Origin: Planctomycetales bacterium
Lineage (GTDB): Bacteria > 4484-113 > JAFGCY01
Length of the DNA stretch: 32,000 bases
Assembly: GCA_022646745.1 (NCBI GenBank)
Contig: CP060262.1
Span: 930,001-962,000 of the forward strand
Direction: 5' to 3'
A program made the translations under genes and the position numbers. Every line of letters begins with the position of its first letter. Positions within the stretch are counted from its first letter, which is position 1. Shown here one piece after another: positions 17,416 to 24,334 of this stretch. The notes beneath the pieces were generated by a model that saw only the letters and a program-made list of their open reading frames with translations, did no database searches and was not told the DNA's origin.

Positions 17416-17464
17416 CATCCCCCATCCCGCATCCCGCATCCCCCATCCCGCATCCCCCATCCCT
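17416..17464. repeat. 7 tandem heptamers CATCCC(C/G/T); G-tracts on the minus strand
   Basis: Read directly: CATCCCC CATCCCG CATCCCG CATCCCC CATCCCG CATCCCC CATCCCT. The tract ends 17 nt before the tenA ATG. Confidence 0.9.
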
Positions 17465-17481
17465 CACCTACAATTCCCCGC

Positions 17482-18153
17482 ATGCCTTCCCTCTTCGAAA
17501 CACTGAAAGCCGGCAGCGGCCCGCTCTGGCAATCCGCCCAGTCCCATCCCTTCGTGGACGGGCTGGCCGACGGCAGCCTGCCGCGCGAGAAGTTCATCCA
17601 CTACCTGAAGCAGGACTATGTGTATCTCATCGGCTATGCGCAGGCCTGGGCCAGGGCCGCCGCCAAGGCACCTGACCTGACCCTGCTCACAGCGGCCAGT
17701 GGCCTGGTACATGACACGCTCGGAATGGAGATGGAGCTGCACCGTTCCTACTGTGAGCAGTTCGGCATCAGCCGCGACCAGCTGAACAGGGAGCAGGCCG
17801 GGCCGATCTGCCGGGCTTACGTGGACTTCTGCCTGGCCACTTCGAACGAGGGTGACTTCATCGACCTGCTGGTTGCCATGATCCCCTGCGGCGTGGGCTA
17901 CGCGGAAATCGGCACACGGCTGGCAACGCAACTCAGCGACGTACAGGAGCATCCATACCGGCAGTGGATCGAGACCTACGCCTCGGCTGAGTTCTGGGCC
18001 TATGCGGACTGGATGACAACGACGCTCGATGGCCTGTCAGATGAGATCGGACCGGCGCGCATCCCGCGCCTGCAGGCGCGCTTCGACCTCGGCTGCCGCT
18101 ATGAATGGATGTTCTGGGAGATGGGCTGGACGATGGGGGAGTGGCCCATCTGA
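17482..18153 (+). CDS. tenA: TenA/thiaminase-II family protein (aminopyrimidine aminohydrolase)
   Basis: LW......HPFV.GLADGSLP.EKF.HYLKQDYVYL..YA.A.A..A.KA, then CRAYVDF, IPC..GYAEIG and YA..EF are characteristic of TenA/PqqC-like proteins. The track start at 17350 would translate the heptamer repeat, so the Met at 17482 is preferred. Confidence 0.85.
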   Translation: MPSLFETLKAGSGPLWQSAQSHPFVDGLADGSLPREKFIHYLKQDYVYLIGYAQAWARAAAKAPDLTLLTAASGLVHDTLGMEMELHRSYCEQFGISRDQLNREQAGPICRAYVDFCLATSNEGDFIDLLVAMIPCGVGYAEIGTRLATQLSDVQEHPYRQWIETYASAEFWAYADWMTTTLDGLSDEIGPARIPRLQARFDLGCRYEWMFWEMGWTMGEWPI

Positions 18154-18302
18154 GTGGACAGTTGGCAGTGGGCAGTAGTCAGTTTGAGTTTGCAGAATCA
18201 GAATGAGAAGCAGCAACAGGTCCGAGGTTCAGGCAACAGCCTTCTGCTGATTCTGTTTCTCATTCTGCCAACAGACCCTGACAACTGCCTACTTTCCACT
18301 GA

Positions 18303-18803
18303 CTACTGATTACTGATCCACTCGTACAGTTCGCGTCGCGTGCGGAATACATGCTGTTCCACCTGCGGGTTGGCAGCGAGGATCTCCAGCGTGCGCCGGC
18401 GGCTGCGCTTTGGATAGTCCCAGACCCACTTCAGGAAGGGCAGGTCGAAGCGCTCGGGGCAGCCCTCGCCGCAGTCAGCGCGCTCCCGTCCGAGGTGAAT
18501 CCGTACACGCCTGAGTACCTGCCACATGCAGAACAGGCGCGGGAAGTCCAGCCAGACAACCATGTCGGCGCGTGCAATGCGCATTGGCAGGCTGCCGGTG
18601 TAGTTGCCATCGACAAGCCAGCGATCAGCCGCCACGATGGCGGCCTCCTGCCGCTCCCACTGCTCATCCGTAGGCTGTTGCCAGCCCGGACGCCAGAATT
18701 CGCGGTCAAGGTGAATGAGCGGCAGATTGAGCCTGCGCGCCAGCTCCACGGAAGCCGTGGACTTGCCGGAGCCGCAGTTGCCGATCACGAGTACGCGCTG
18801 CAT
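18303..18803 (-). CDS. P-loop NTPase, FlaR/topology-modulation/adenylate-kinase-like
   Basis: MQRVLVIGNCGSGKST (Walker A), ..IHLD..FW.PGW, WLVDGNY and VVWLD.P are typical of this family. The track N-terminal extension (to 18866) translates the purine-rich repeat and is rejected. Confidence 0.85.
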   Translation of the reverse strand: MQRVLVIGNCGSGKSTASVELARRLNLPLIHLDREFWRPGWQQPTDEQWERQEAAIVAADRWLVDGNYTGSLPMRIARADMVVWLDFPRLFCMWQVLRRVRIHLGRERADCGEGCPERFDLPFLKWVWDYPKRSRRRTLEILAANPQVEQHVFRTRRELYEWISNQ

Positions 18804-18820
18804 GGACATTGAGTTATTCC

Positions 18821-18995
18821 CAGGATCAGAATGAGAAGCAGAATGAGAATGAGCAGAAGAAGTCATCAGTCTGGAGTCTCAATTACCGGCAGGCTGCCTG
18901 CAAAATACTGCTGCTTCTGCTTCTCATCCTGCTTCTGTTTCTGTTTCTCATTCTGTTTCTGCTTCTGCTCTCAGCTCTCTGCTTTCTGCTCTCTG
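18821..18995. repeat. purine-rich AGCAGAAGCAGAATGAGAA-type low-complexity blocks forming a long imperfect palindrome
   Basis: The left arm (CAGAATGAGAAGCAGAATGAGAATGAGCAGAAG) is complementary in type to the right arm (CTTCTGCTTCTCATCCTGCTTCTGTTTCTGTTTCTCATTCTGTTTCTGCTTCTGC...). Related blocks lie at 7034-7090 and 18192-18269. Confidence 0.75.
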
Positions 18996-19006
18996 CACCC
19001 TCGTTG

Positions 19007-20215
19007 TCAGATCACGCGGCCGCTGGGCAGCGGTGCACCCTCGATCTTCAGCCTCACTTCCTGCACCGCCTGTTCACGCACCGGCAGGCGCCAGATCACG
19101 GCAATCACTGCGATCGCCGCGAACACCCAGCTGCCCATCCCGAGGGCCGCCGCTGCCAGAGCGACAACTGCCATGGCAGGCATCGCATAACCACAGATAC
19201 CGAGATTGAAGTGCCTGTCCCGCACGATGCACAGGGTGAGGAAGAATATCGCCATCGGCACCCCGAGCCACCAGGCGATGTCCGCCTGGCTGGCAGTGCC
19301 GTGGTGTTCGGACAGGTCAAGCTCGGCGGCGATCGCGGCCCCGGTCACGGCCAGCGAGCCGAAGATTAACAGGTGGCCGTAGCCCCAGATGAACACCGTG
19401 TTGAACTCGCGCTTGGGCAGGTGCTCGCGCTCCTCGAAGTACAGCCAGAACAGTGAGAACACTATCAGGAGCGCGGAGATCGCGGTGGATACAGGGGTCC
19501 AGCTCGGATGCTCGCCATACAGCTGGCCGAAGCCCATGCTGATTGCCAGCATGATCTCGCCGAGCGAGATGATCGTCAGCAGGCCGTAGCGCTCAATCAT
19601 GTGGTGGCGGTGGAAGGGCGTGTCCTTTGCCTTCTCGGCGAACATCGGCACACTGAATTCGACAAGGAAGCACACTGCGGCAAGGCCGTAGAACAGGGCG
19701 GGAGATGCATCGCGGGTGATGAAGTAGTAGGCGATCCAGCAGGCCTGGGCGAACATGATGCCACCGGCATAGCGCAGCGTCGTCAAGCGGTACTGCGGGT
19801 TGGCACTGGCCCGCAGCCACAGCGCAGCCATCCCGATGCGCATGATGCACCAGCCGAGCAGGCCCCAGCTGAAGTCATGGCTCTCGAAGATATGCCCCGC
19901 GCCGCCGGCGAACACCAGCTCTCCGCACATGATCAGCATCACGAGCAGGCGGTAGACCGGGCCGTCGTTGTCAAAGGCCGAGGCGAACCAGGTGAAGTTC
20001 ATCCAGGCCCACCAGATGCTGGTGAACAGGAAGATGAAGATCGGCAGGTTCTCCAGGCCATGGCCCTCGCTGATCGCATGGTGCAGGCCGGCGGTGGCGG
20101 CGGCGATCGCGATCACACTGACGAGATCGAAGAAAAGCTCAAGCTGGGTCGCAGGACGGTGCGACTCGTTCGGGTTGCGCGCCGGCAGCGGCAGGATCGG
20201 CTTGAATCGGCTCAT
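19007..20215 (-). CDS. ltrA: low-temperature-requirement LtrA-family membrane protein
   Basis: N-terminal signature ..ATQLELFFDLVSVIAIAAA followed by about 10 hydrophobic helices. Length is typical of LtrA. Confidence 0.85.
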   Translation of the reverse strand: MSRFKPILPLPARNPNESHRPATQLELFFDLVSVIAIAAATAGLHHAISEGHGLENLPIFIFLFTSIWWAWMNFTWFASAFDNDGPVYRLLVMLIMCGELVFAGGAGHIFESHDFSWGLLGWCIMRIGMAALWLRASANPQYRLTTLRYAGGIMFAQACWIAYYFITRDASPALFYGLAAVCFLVEFSVPMFAEKAKDTPFHRHHMIERYGLLTIISLGEIMLAISMGFGQLYGEHPSWTPVSTAISALLIVFSLFWLYFEEREHLPKREFNTVFIWGYGHLLIFGSLAVTGAAIAAELDLSEHHGTASQADIAWWLGVPMAIFFLTLCIVRDRHFNLGICGYAMPAMAVVALAAAALGMGSWVFAAIAVIAVIWRLPVREQAVQEVRLKIEGAPLPSGRVI

Positions 20216-20318
20216 GGATAGATTCTATGCCCTGCCGGGATTGGCAATGGGAGCGGGATTCCCCATTGATCAGCCAGTGATTGCACCAGGCAATTTTCCA
20301 GGGATTCCGGAATCCAGC

Positions 20319-20347
20319 TTGCCAATCCGGGGAAGTACGGGTAAGAT
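20319..20347 (+). promoter_or_regulatory. sigma70-type promoter P1 (TTGCCA - 17 nt - TAAGAT)
   Basis: -35 at 20319-20324 and -10 at 20342-20347. The predicted start (about 20354-20356) coincides with the 5' strand of the module-1 closing stem. A 14-bp perfect palindrome GGATTCCGGAATCC (20302-20315) lies just upstream. Confidence 0.6.
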
Positions 20348-20354
20348 CTCCATC

Positions 20355-20445
20355 TGCCAGCGGCGGAGGTGAGGATTACATCGGTGGCGTTGCTTCGGCA
20401 ACAGCGGGTTCGAAACCCGCAGACCCTCCCTGACAATCCCTGGCA
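20355..20445 (+). ncRNA. Y-RNA-like module 1 (short form with T-arm mimic)
   Basis: Closing stem UGCCAG/CUGGCA. GGAGG/CCUCC pairing. Shared UUACAUCGG motif. GUUGC-UUCG-GCAAC hairpin. tRNA T-arm mimic GCGGG-UUCGAAA-CCCGC. Its 5' and 3' strands align with module 3. Confidence 0.6.
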
Positions 20446-20462
20446 TGATTCAGGCTTCCACA

Positions 20463-20546
20463 GGCCCGGGCGGTGGGTGGCTGGTTTACATCGTCTTGAA
20501 AACGCAAATCACCAGCCCAGCAAATCCCCCGGGCCTTTCCGTTTTC
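20463..20546 (+). ncRNA. Y-RNA-like module 2 (simple stem-loop form, terminator-like 3' end)
   Basis: Outer stem GGCCCGGG/CCCGGGCC. Inner stem GGCUGGU/ACCAGCC. UUACAUCG motif in the apical region. Followed by UUUCCGUUUUC. Confidence 0.55.
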
Positions 20547-20635
20547 TGTGAATCAGCAGCATGCGGCAGCATTGCCAGACTGAGCGGTACCCATTAATTG
20601 CACCAGGCATTTTCCGGGAATTCCCGGATTCCACC

Positions 20636-20664
20636 TTGCCAATTGCTAAAAGCGCGGTTACTAT
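20636..20664 (+). promoter_or_regulatory. sigma70-type promoter P2 (TTGCCA - 17 nt - TACTAT), a duplicate of the P1 cassette
   Basis: -35 at 20636-20641 and -10 at 20659-20664. The upstream block ATTGCACCAGGCA(A)TTTTCC..GGA(A)TTCC..CTTGCCAAT is shared with P1. A 14-bp palindrome CCGGGAATTCCCGG lies at 20614-20627. Confidence 0.6.
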
Positions 20665-20670
20665 TCCCGT

Positions 20671-20804
20671 CCGCCAGCGGTGGCGGGGGGACTACATCGG
20701 GATATCCTGAGGTCGCGGGTTCAAATCCCGCCGCTTCCCAGGAAGCGTAGCTCAGTGGACCAGAGCACAGGACACTGCATCACCCCCCGGCGATTCCCTG
20801 GCGA
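20671..20804 (+). ncRNA. yrlA: YrlA-like Y RNA with circularly permuted tRNA-like domain
   Basis: Closing stems CGCCAG/CUGGCG and GGGGGG/CCCCCC. CUACAUCGG motif. Element order is: UCCUG, T-arm GCGGG-UUCAAAU-CCCGC (20715-20731), acceptor-like stem CGCUUCC/GGAAGCG closed by a short loop, D-arm GCUC-AGUGGACCA-GAGC (20750-20766), then CAGGA, which pairs back to UCCUG. Confidence 0.7.
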
Positions 20805-20814
20805 AAGCATATGT

Positions 20815-20887
20815 GGCCTGGGCGGCGGGTGGCTGGTTTACATCGCCTGTGAACCGAAATTCACCAGCCCGCTTGTACCCCCGGGCT
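20815..20887 (+). ncRNA. Y-RNA-like module 4 (paralog of module 2)
   Basis: Outer stem GGCCUGGG/CCCGGGCU (two G-U pairs). Inner stem GGCUGGU/ACCAGCC. Same UUACAUCG motif and the same 25-nt apical spacing as module 2. Confidence 0.55.
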
Positions 20888-20903
20888 GCGGGACAGTAAA
20901 ATC

Positions 20904-20966
20904 GGGCGGTGGGCAGCCGGAATACATCGGACAGTCACTTCGACATCCGGCTGCGTTATCCCCCCA
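20904..20966 (+). ncRNA. Y-RNA-like module 5 in the rsr 5' leader
   Basis: The 5' strand GGGCGGUGGGCAGCCGGAAUACAUCG aligns with modules 2 and 4. Perfect 9-bp stem GCAGCCGGA/UCCGGCUGC. A C6 tract ends 4 nt before the GGGAGA SD of rsr. Confidence 0.5.
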
Positions 20967-20980
20967 AACGGGAGACAGTG

Positions 20981-22495
20981 ATGGTTCTGTTCAGCAGGGG
21001 CAGGAAGGCCCCGAAGAAGCCGGACACCCATAACCTGGCGGGTGGCCGTGCGTACAGCCTCAGTCCGCAGCGCGAGCTGCTGGACATCGCGCTCACAAGC
21101 AAGCTGCAACGCCAGTTCTACCGCGAGCCGGATGAGACGATGCGGCGTGTGCGCAGGCTCGTGAAGGAAGCCGGGCCGGAGTTCGCCGCGCGCTGTGCAC
21201 TGTACACCCGCCACAGGATGGGCCTGCGCAGCATCAGCCACCTGCTGGCCGCCGAGGTCAGCCGCCGGGCATCCGGTGAGCAGTGGCTGTCGGACTTCTA
21301 CCGCCTGGTTGCCAGGCGGCCGGACGACATGCGAGAGATCATCGCCTGCATCATGGGTGGCCCGGAATTCGGTGAAGGTGTTGCCAGGAAGAGCGGCAAG
21401 GGACGCAAGCGCAACGGCCATGCATTGCCGAATTCGCTGAAGCGCGGATTCGCAAGGCGCTTCGAGCAGTTCGACGAGTACCAGCTCGGTGCTTACCGCG
21501 GTGAGGGTCAGGGCGTGTCGCTGGTTGACGTGATGCGGCTCGTGCACCCGCGTGAGACGGAGGCGATCCGCAAGCTCAAGGACGGCACGCTGCGCAGCCA
21601 GAAGCAGGACGCGAAACTGACGAGGAGCGGGCAGCTGGCTGACAACGCCGAGTCCGCCGCGCAGCTGAAGCGCGAGGTCTGGCATGCCGAGATCGAGCGG
21701 ATGGGCTACAACGCGCTCGTGATGAACGCGCGCGGAATCCTTGCCAGCGCCCCGGAGCTGAAGGGCCGTCTGTGCGAGCGGATCGAGGATGCTGAAGCCG
21801 TGCGGCGCAGCCTGATCCAGCCGCTGCAGATCTACCGCGCCTACCGCGAACTGGAGGACCGCCAGCTGAGGCTGAGCCTGAGCAGGGCGATCGATCTGGC
21901 ATGCGCCAATGTGCCGCGCTTCGAGGGCCGCACCCTGGTGGCATTCGACGAAAGCGGCAGCATGACCGCATGGACGCATGGTGACATGAAGATCCCGGCT
22001 ATCGAGTATGCATCGCTGTTCGCGGCGATCCTCGCCAGGTCGCAGGATGCGGACGTGATCAGCTTTGACACGACTGCGCGCTACCGGAAGTATGATCTTG
22101 GCAACACCACGCTGAGCATCGCTGAAGACTGGCATGTGGCGCGTGGCGGAGGCACTGACATGGGCACGATCTTCAGCAGGATGCGCGGGAAGTATGACCG
22201 CGTGATCGTGCTGACAGACATGCAGAGCTGGTATGGTGTCGATCCGGAGAAGGCGGCAGCGCTGTACGAGAAGAAGCAGCGCAGGCCGCTCAAGATCTAC
22301 AGCTTTGACCTGACCGGCTACGGCACGGCCCTGTTCCGCCCGGGCAGCATCCAGATGCTGTCCGGTGTCAGCTTCGGTGTGTTTGACACCATCGCCAGGC
22401 TGGACCAGGGCGGGGATGTGCTGATGGATGAAGTGAACGCGGTGCGCTTCACCGATGAATGGGTGCAGAGCGTGCGCGACAGCCACGGAAAGTGA
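20981..22495 (+). CDS. rsr: Rsr, Ro60-related protein (TROVE domain plus vWA domain)
   Basis: N-terminus NLAGG.AY.L.....L.......L...FY......T......L. .......FAARCALY.R..MGLRS..H.L.A is TROVE-like. The C-terminal vWA has MIDAS DESGSM and later GGGTDM ... VLTDMQSW. The start at 20981 is preferred (GGGAGA SD) because the track start at 20909 lies inside module 5. Confidence 0.9.
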   Translation: MVLFSRGRKAPKKPDTHNLAGGRAYSLSPQRELLDIALTSKLQRQFYREPDETMRRVRRLVKEAGPEFAARCALYTRHRMGLRSISHLLAAEVSRRASGEQWLSDFYRLVARRPDDMREIIACIMGGPEFGEGVARKSGKGRKRNGHALPNSLKRGFARRFEQFDEYQLGAYRGEGQGVSLVDVMRLVHPRETEAIRKLKDGTLRSQKQDAKLTRSGQLADNAESAAQLKREVWHAEIERMGYNALVMNARGILASAPELKGRLCERIEDAEAVRRSLIQPLQIYRAYRELEDRQLRLSLSRAIDLACANVPRFEGRTLVAFDESGSMTAWTHGDMKIPAIEYASLFAAILARSQDADVISFDTTARYRKYDLGNTTLSIAEDWHVARGGGTDMGTIFSRMRGKYDRVIVLTDMQSWYGVDPEKAAALYEKKQRRPLKIYSFDLTGYGTALFRPGSIQMLSGVSFGVFDTIARLDQGGDVLMDEVNAVRFTDEWVQSVRDSHGK

Positions 22496-22542
22496 CAACA
22501 TGGGCGGGGCAGGGAGGCCCCGCTGCACGGGATGTCGTGGAT

Positions 22543-22715
22543 GGAGGCCAGGCCGTTGGCTTGGCAGCTGCCAGGCTCATAGCCTGGCCTCCGTTGTATT
22601 GCTTGCGTTGGGCCTCCAATCGCCACCTATCTCGCTTCAGAGCCCTCGCAGCTTCCACACGCGCTGGCGTGACTTCGCACCGTGGCTCCCATGCCAGGCT
22701 TACAGCCTGGCCTCC
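22543..22715. repeat. three REP-like units of the same family between rsr and emrB
   Basis: GGAGGCCAGGCCGTTGGCTTGGCA (22543-22566, inverted orientation). TGCCAGGCTCATAGCCTGGCCTCC (22569-22592). TGCCAGGCTTACAGCCTGGCCTCC (22692-22715). Confidence 0.75.
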
Positions 22716-22738
22716 CCTGCTGCCGAAGTAGGAAGCTC

Positions 22739-24334
22739 CTAGTGGGCGGCGGGGGCCGGTGCACCCTTCCTGCGGTTTGCGGCATGGCCCTTGCCAAGGA
22801 TCAGCAGCAGCGGCAGGGCGCAGACGAACAGGCTGGCAACGAACAGGTAGACATCCTCGAATGACAGCACCATCGCCTGCTGCTGCACCAGCCCCGTGAC
22901 GACCTTCAGCGCAGCCGTCTGGCTCTGCAGCATGTCATAGCCGCGGCCCTGCAGGTAGCCCTGGATGCCGCTGAGGAACTGCAGCGAGGCCGGGTCATAG
23001 GCCCCGATGCCCTCCGCCAGGCGCTGGAAGTGGAAGTCGAAGCGCCGGTCCAGCACGAAGGTCAGCACCGCGATGCCGAGGCTGCCGCCGATCTGGCGGG
23101 TCAGGTTGTAGAGCCCGGCCGCGCTGCTCACATCATCCTTCGGGATGGTGCCAAGCGTGGCAACGCTGAGCGGAATGAACATCAGCGGCAGGCCCATGCC
23201 GCGCCACATCAGCGGCCAGAAGAAGAACTGCGCGGTGGTCTGGCTGTTCACATGCGACAGCCTGAGGATCATACCGATCAGGATCAGGCTGCCGATGCCG
23301 ACGAGGATGCGCGCATCGAAGCGGCTCAGCAGGATGCCGGCCAGCGGCATGAAGATCACCATGATCAGCGAGCCGGGGATCATCAATTCGCCGGTCTGGG
23401 TGGCGGTGAAGTGCAGGATGTTCTGCGTGAACACGGGGATCACGAAGGTGGTGCCGTACAGGCCGACGCCGAGCACGATGCTGTACAGGCTGCCGGCCCA
23501 CAGCGGCTTGTACTTCAGCACGCGCAGGTTGACAGCGGGGTTCGGGATGCGCAGCTCATGGCGCACGAAGGCGAACAGCGCCACGACGCAGAGCACCGCC
23601 AGCGTGACGATGTAGCCACTCTGGAACCAGTCGTACTCACGGCCCTGCTCCAGCAGCACCTGCATGCTGCCGAGTCCCGCTGCCAGCAGCAGGATGCCCA
23701 GCAGGTCGACGCGGCCGGTTGCCCTGCGGGGCTTGTCCGGCACGAACATCATTGCCATCAGCACGGCGAGGATGCCGACGGGCAGGTTGATGAAGAAGAT
23801 CCAGCGCCAGCCCATCATGTCAGTCAGGTAGCCGCCCAGCGTCGGGCCGAAGGCCGGGCCGACCACCACGCCGATGCCGAACAACGCCTGGGCCATGCCC
23901 TGCTGGTGCGGGGGGAAGGTCTCGAACAGGATGGACTGCGCCTTCGGCAGCAGCCCGCCGCCGAACAGGCCCTGCATGATGCGAGCGAACACGAGCATCC
24001 CGAGCGATGTTGACAGCCCGCACAGCACGCTGCTGGCAACGAAGGCCACGAGCGTGAAGAGGTAGTAGTTACGCTGGCCGAAGCGGTCGGACAGCCAGGC
24101 CCCGAGCGGGATGATCACCACGTTGGCCATCGCGTAGCCGGTGATCACCCAGCCGATCTGGCTGAGCGTGGCTCCGAGGCTGCTTTGCATGTGCGGCAGT
24201 GCCACGTTGACGATGCTGACGTCGATCACCTCCATCAGCGCCCCGAGGCTGACCGTCAGTGCCACGGCCCATTTGTACCAGGAACTCTCGCGGATGCGCT
24301 GCGCGCGAGCCCCGCCTGCGAGCACTGCCATCAA
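22739..24334 (-). CDS. emrB: MFS multidrug efflux transporter, DHA2/EmrB-QacA family (14-TM type)
   Basis: WKWAVALTVSLGALMEVIDVSIVNVALPHMQSSLGA, G.LSDRFGQR and the length and hydrophobicity are typical of EmrB. It overlaps the emrA stop by 4 nt. Confidence 0.9.
   Translation of the reverse strand: MMAVLAGGARAQRIRESSWYKWAVALTVSLGALMEVIDVSIVNVALPHMQSSLGATLSQIGWVITGYAMANVVIIPLGAWLSDRFGQRNYYLFTLVAFVASSVLCGLSTSLGMLVFARIMQGLFGGGLLPKAQSILFETFPPHQQGMAQALFGIGVVVGPAFGPTLGGYLTDMMGWRWIFFINLPVGILAVLMAMMFVPDKPRRATGRVDLLGILLLAAGLGSMQVLLEQGREYDWFQSGYIVTLAVLCVVALFAFVRHELRIPNPAVNLRVLKYKPLWAGSLYSIVLGVGLYGTTFVIPVFTQNILHFTATQTGELMIPGSLIMVIFMPLAGILLSRFDARILVGIGSLILIGMILRLSHVNSQTTAQFFFWPLMWRGMGLPLMFIPLSVATLGTIPKDDVSSAAGLYNLTRQIGGSLGIAVLTFVLDRRFDFHFQRLAEGIGAYDPASLQFLSGIQGYLQGRGYDMLQSQTAALKVVTGLVQQQAMVLSFEDVYLFVASLFVCALPLLLILGKGHAANRRKGAPAPAAH

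Noticed and set aside
16697-17460. ORFs 16697..17158 (-) and 16810..17460 (-), and the N-terminal extensions of tenA (17350), the FlaR-like gene (18866), the 4686 start and the emrA 25677 start.
   Set aside because: They translate dispersed repeats, heptamer tracts or the neighbouring gene. Internal Met codons give proper signal peptides or N-termini and better spacing to SD-like sequences.
17350-17481. TPP (THI-box) riboswitch upstream of tenA.
   Set aside because: No CUGAGA / ACCUGAUCUGGAUAAUGCCAGCG-type core is recognisable. The leader is occupied by the heptamer repeat instead.
20741-20810. Apparent tRNA gene (GGAAGCG-UA-GCUC-AGUGGACCA-GAGC...).
   Set aside because: The acceptor 5' strand and D-arm are present. 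However, no anticodon arm or downstream T-arm follows, and the T-arm and acceptor 3' strand lie upstream. The segment is better explained as a permuted tRNA mimic inside a Y-RNA-like transcript.
20861-22528. 555-aa ORF antisense to rsr. Other long antisense or alternative-frame ORFs in the track are of the same kind: 1820..3358, 4830..5564, 7104..7730, 9430..10458, 10960..11832, 14159..15274, 15511..16308, 23030..24013, 24949..25824, 27216..28040 and 29657..30844.
   Set aside because: Each lies entirely within, or opposite to, a CDS that has clear family motifs. Their translations are Arg/Ala/Gly/Pro-rich with no motifs, as expected for stop-poor alternative frames in GC-rich DNA.
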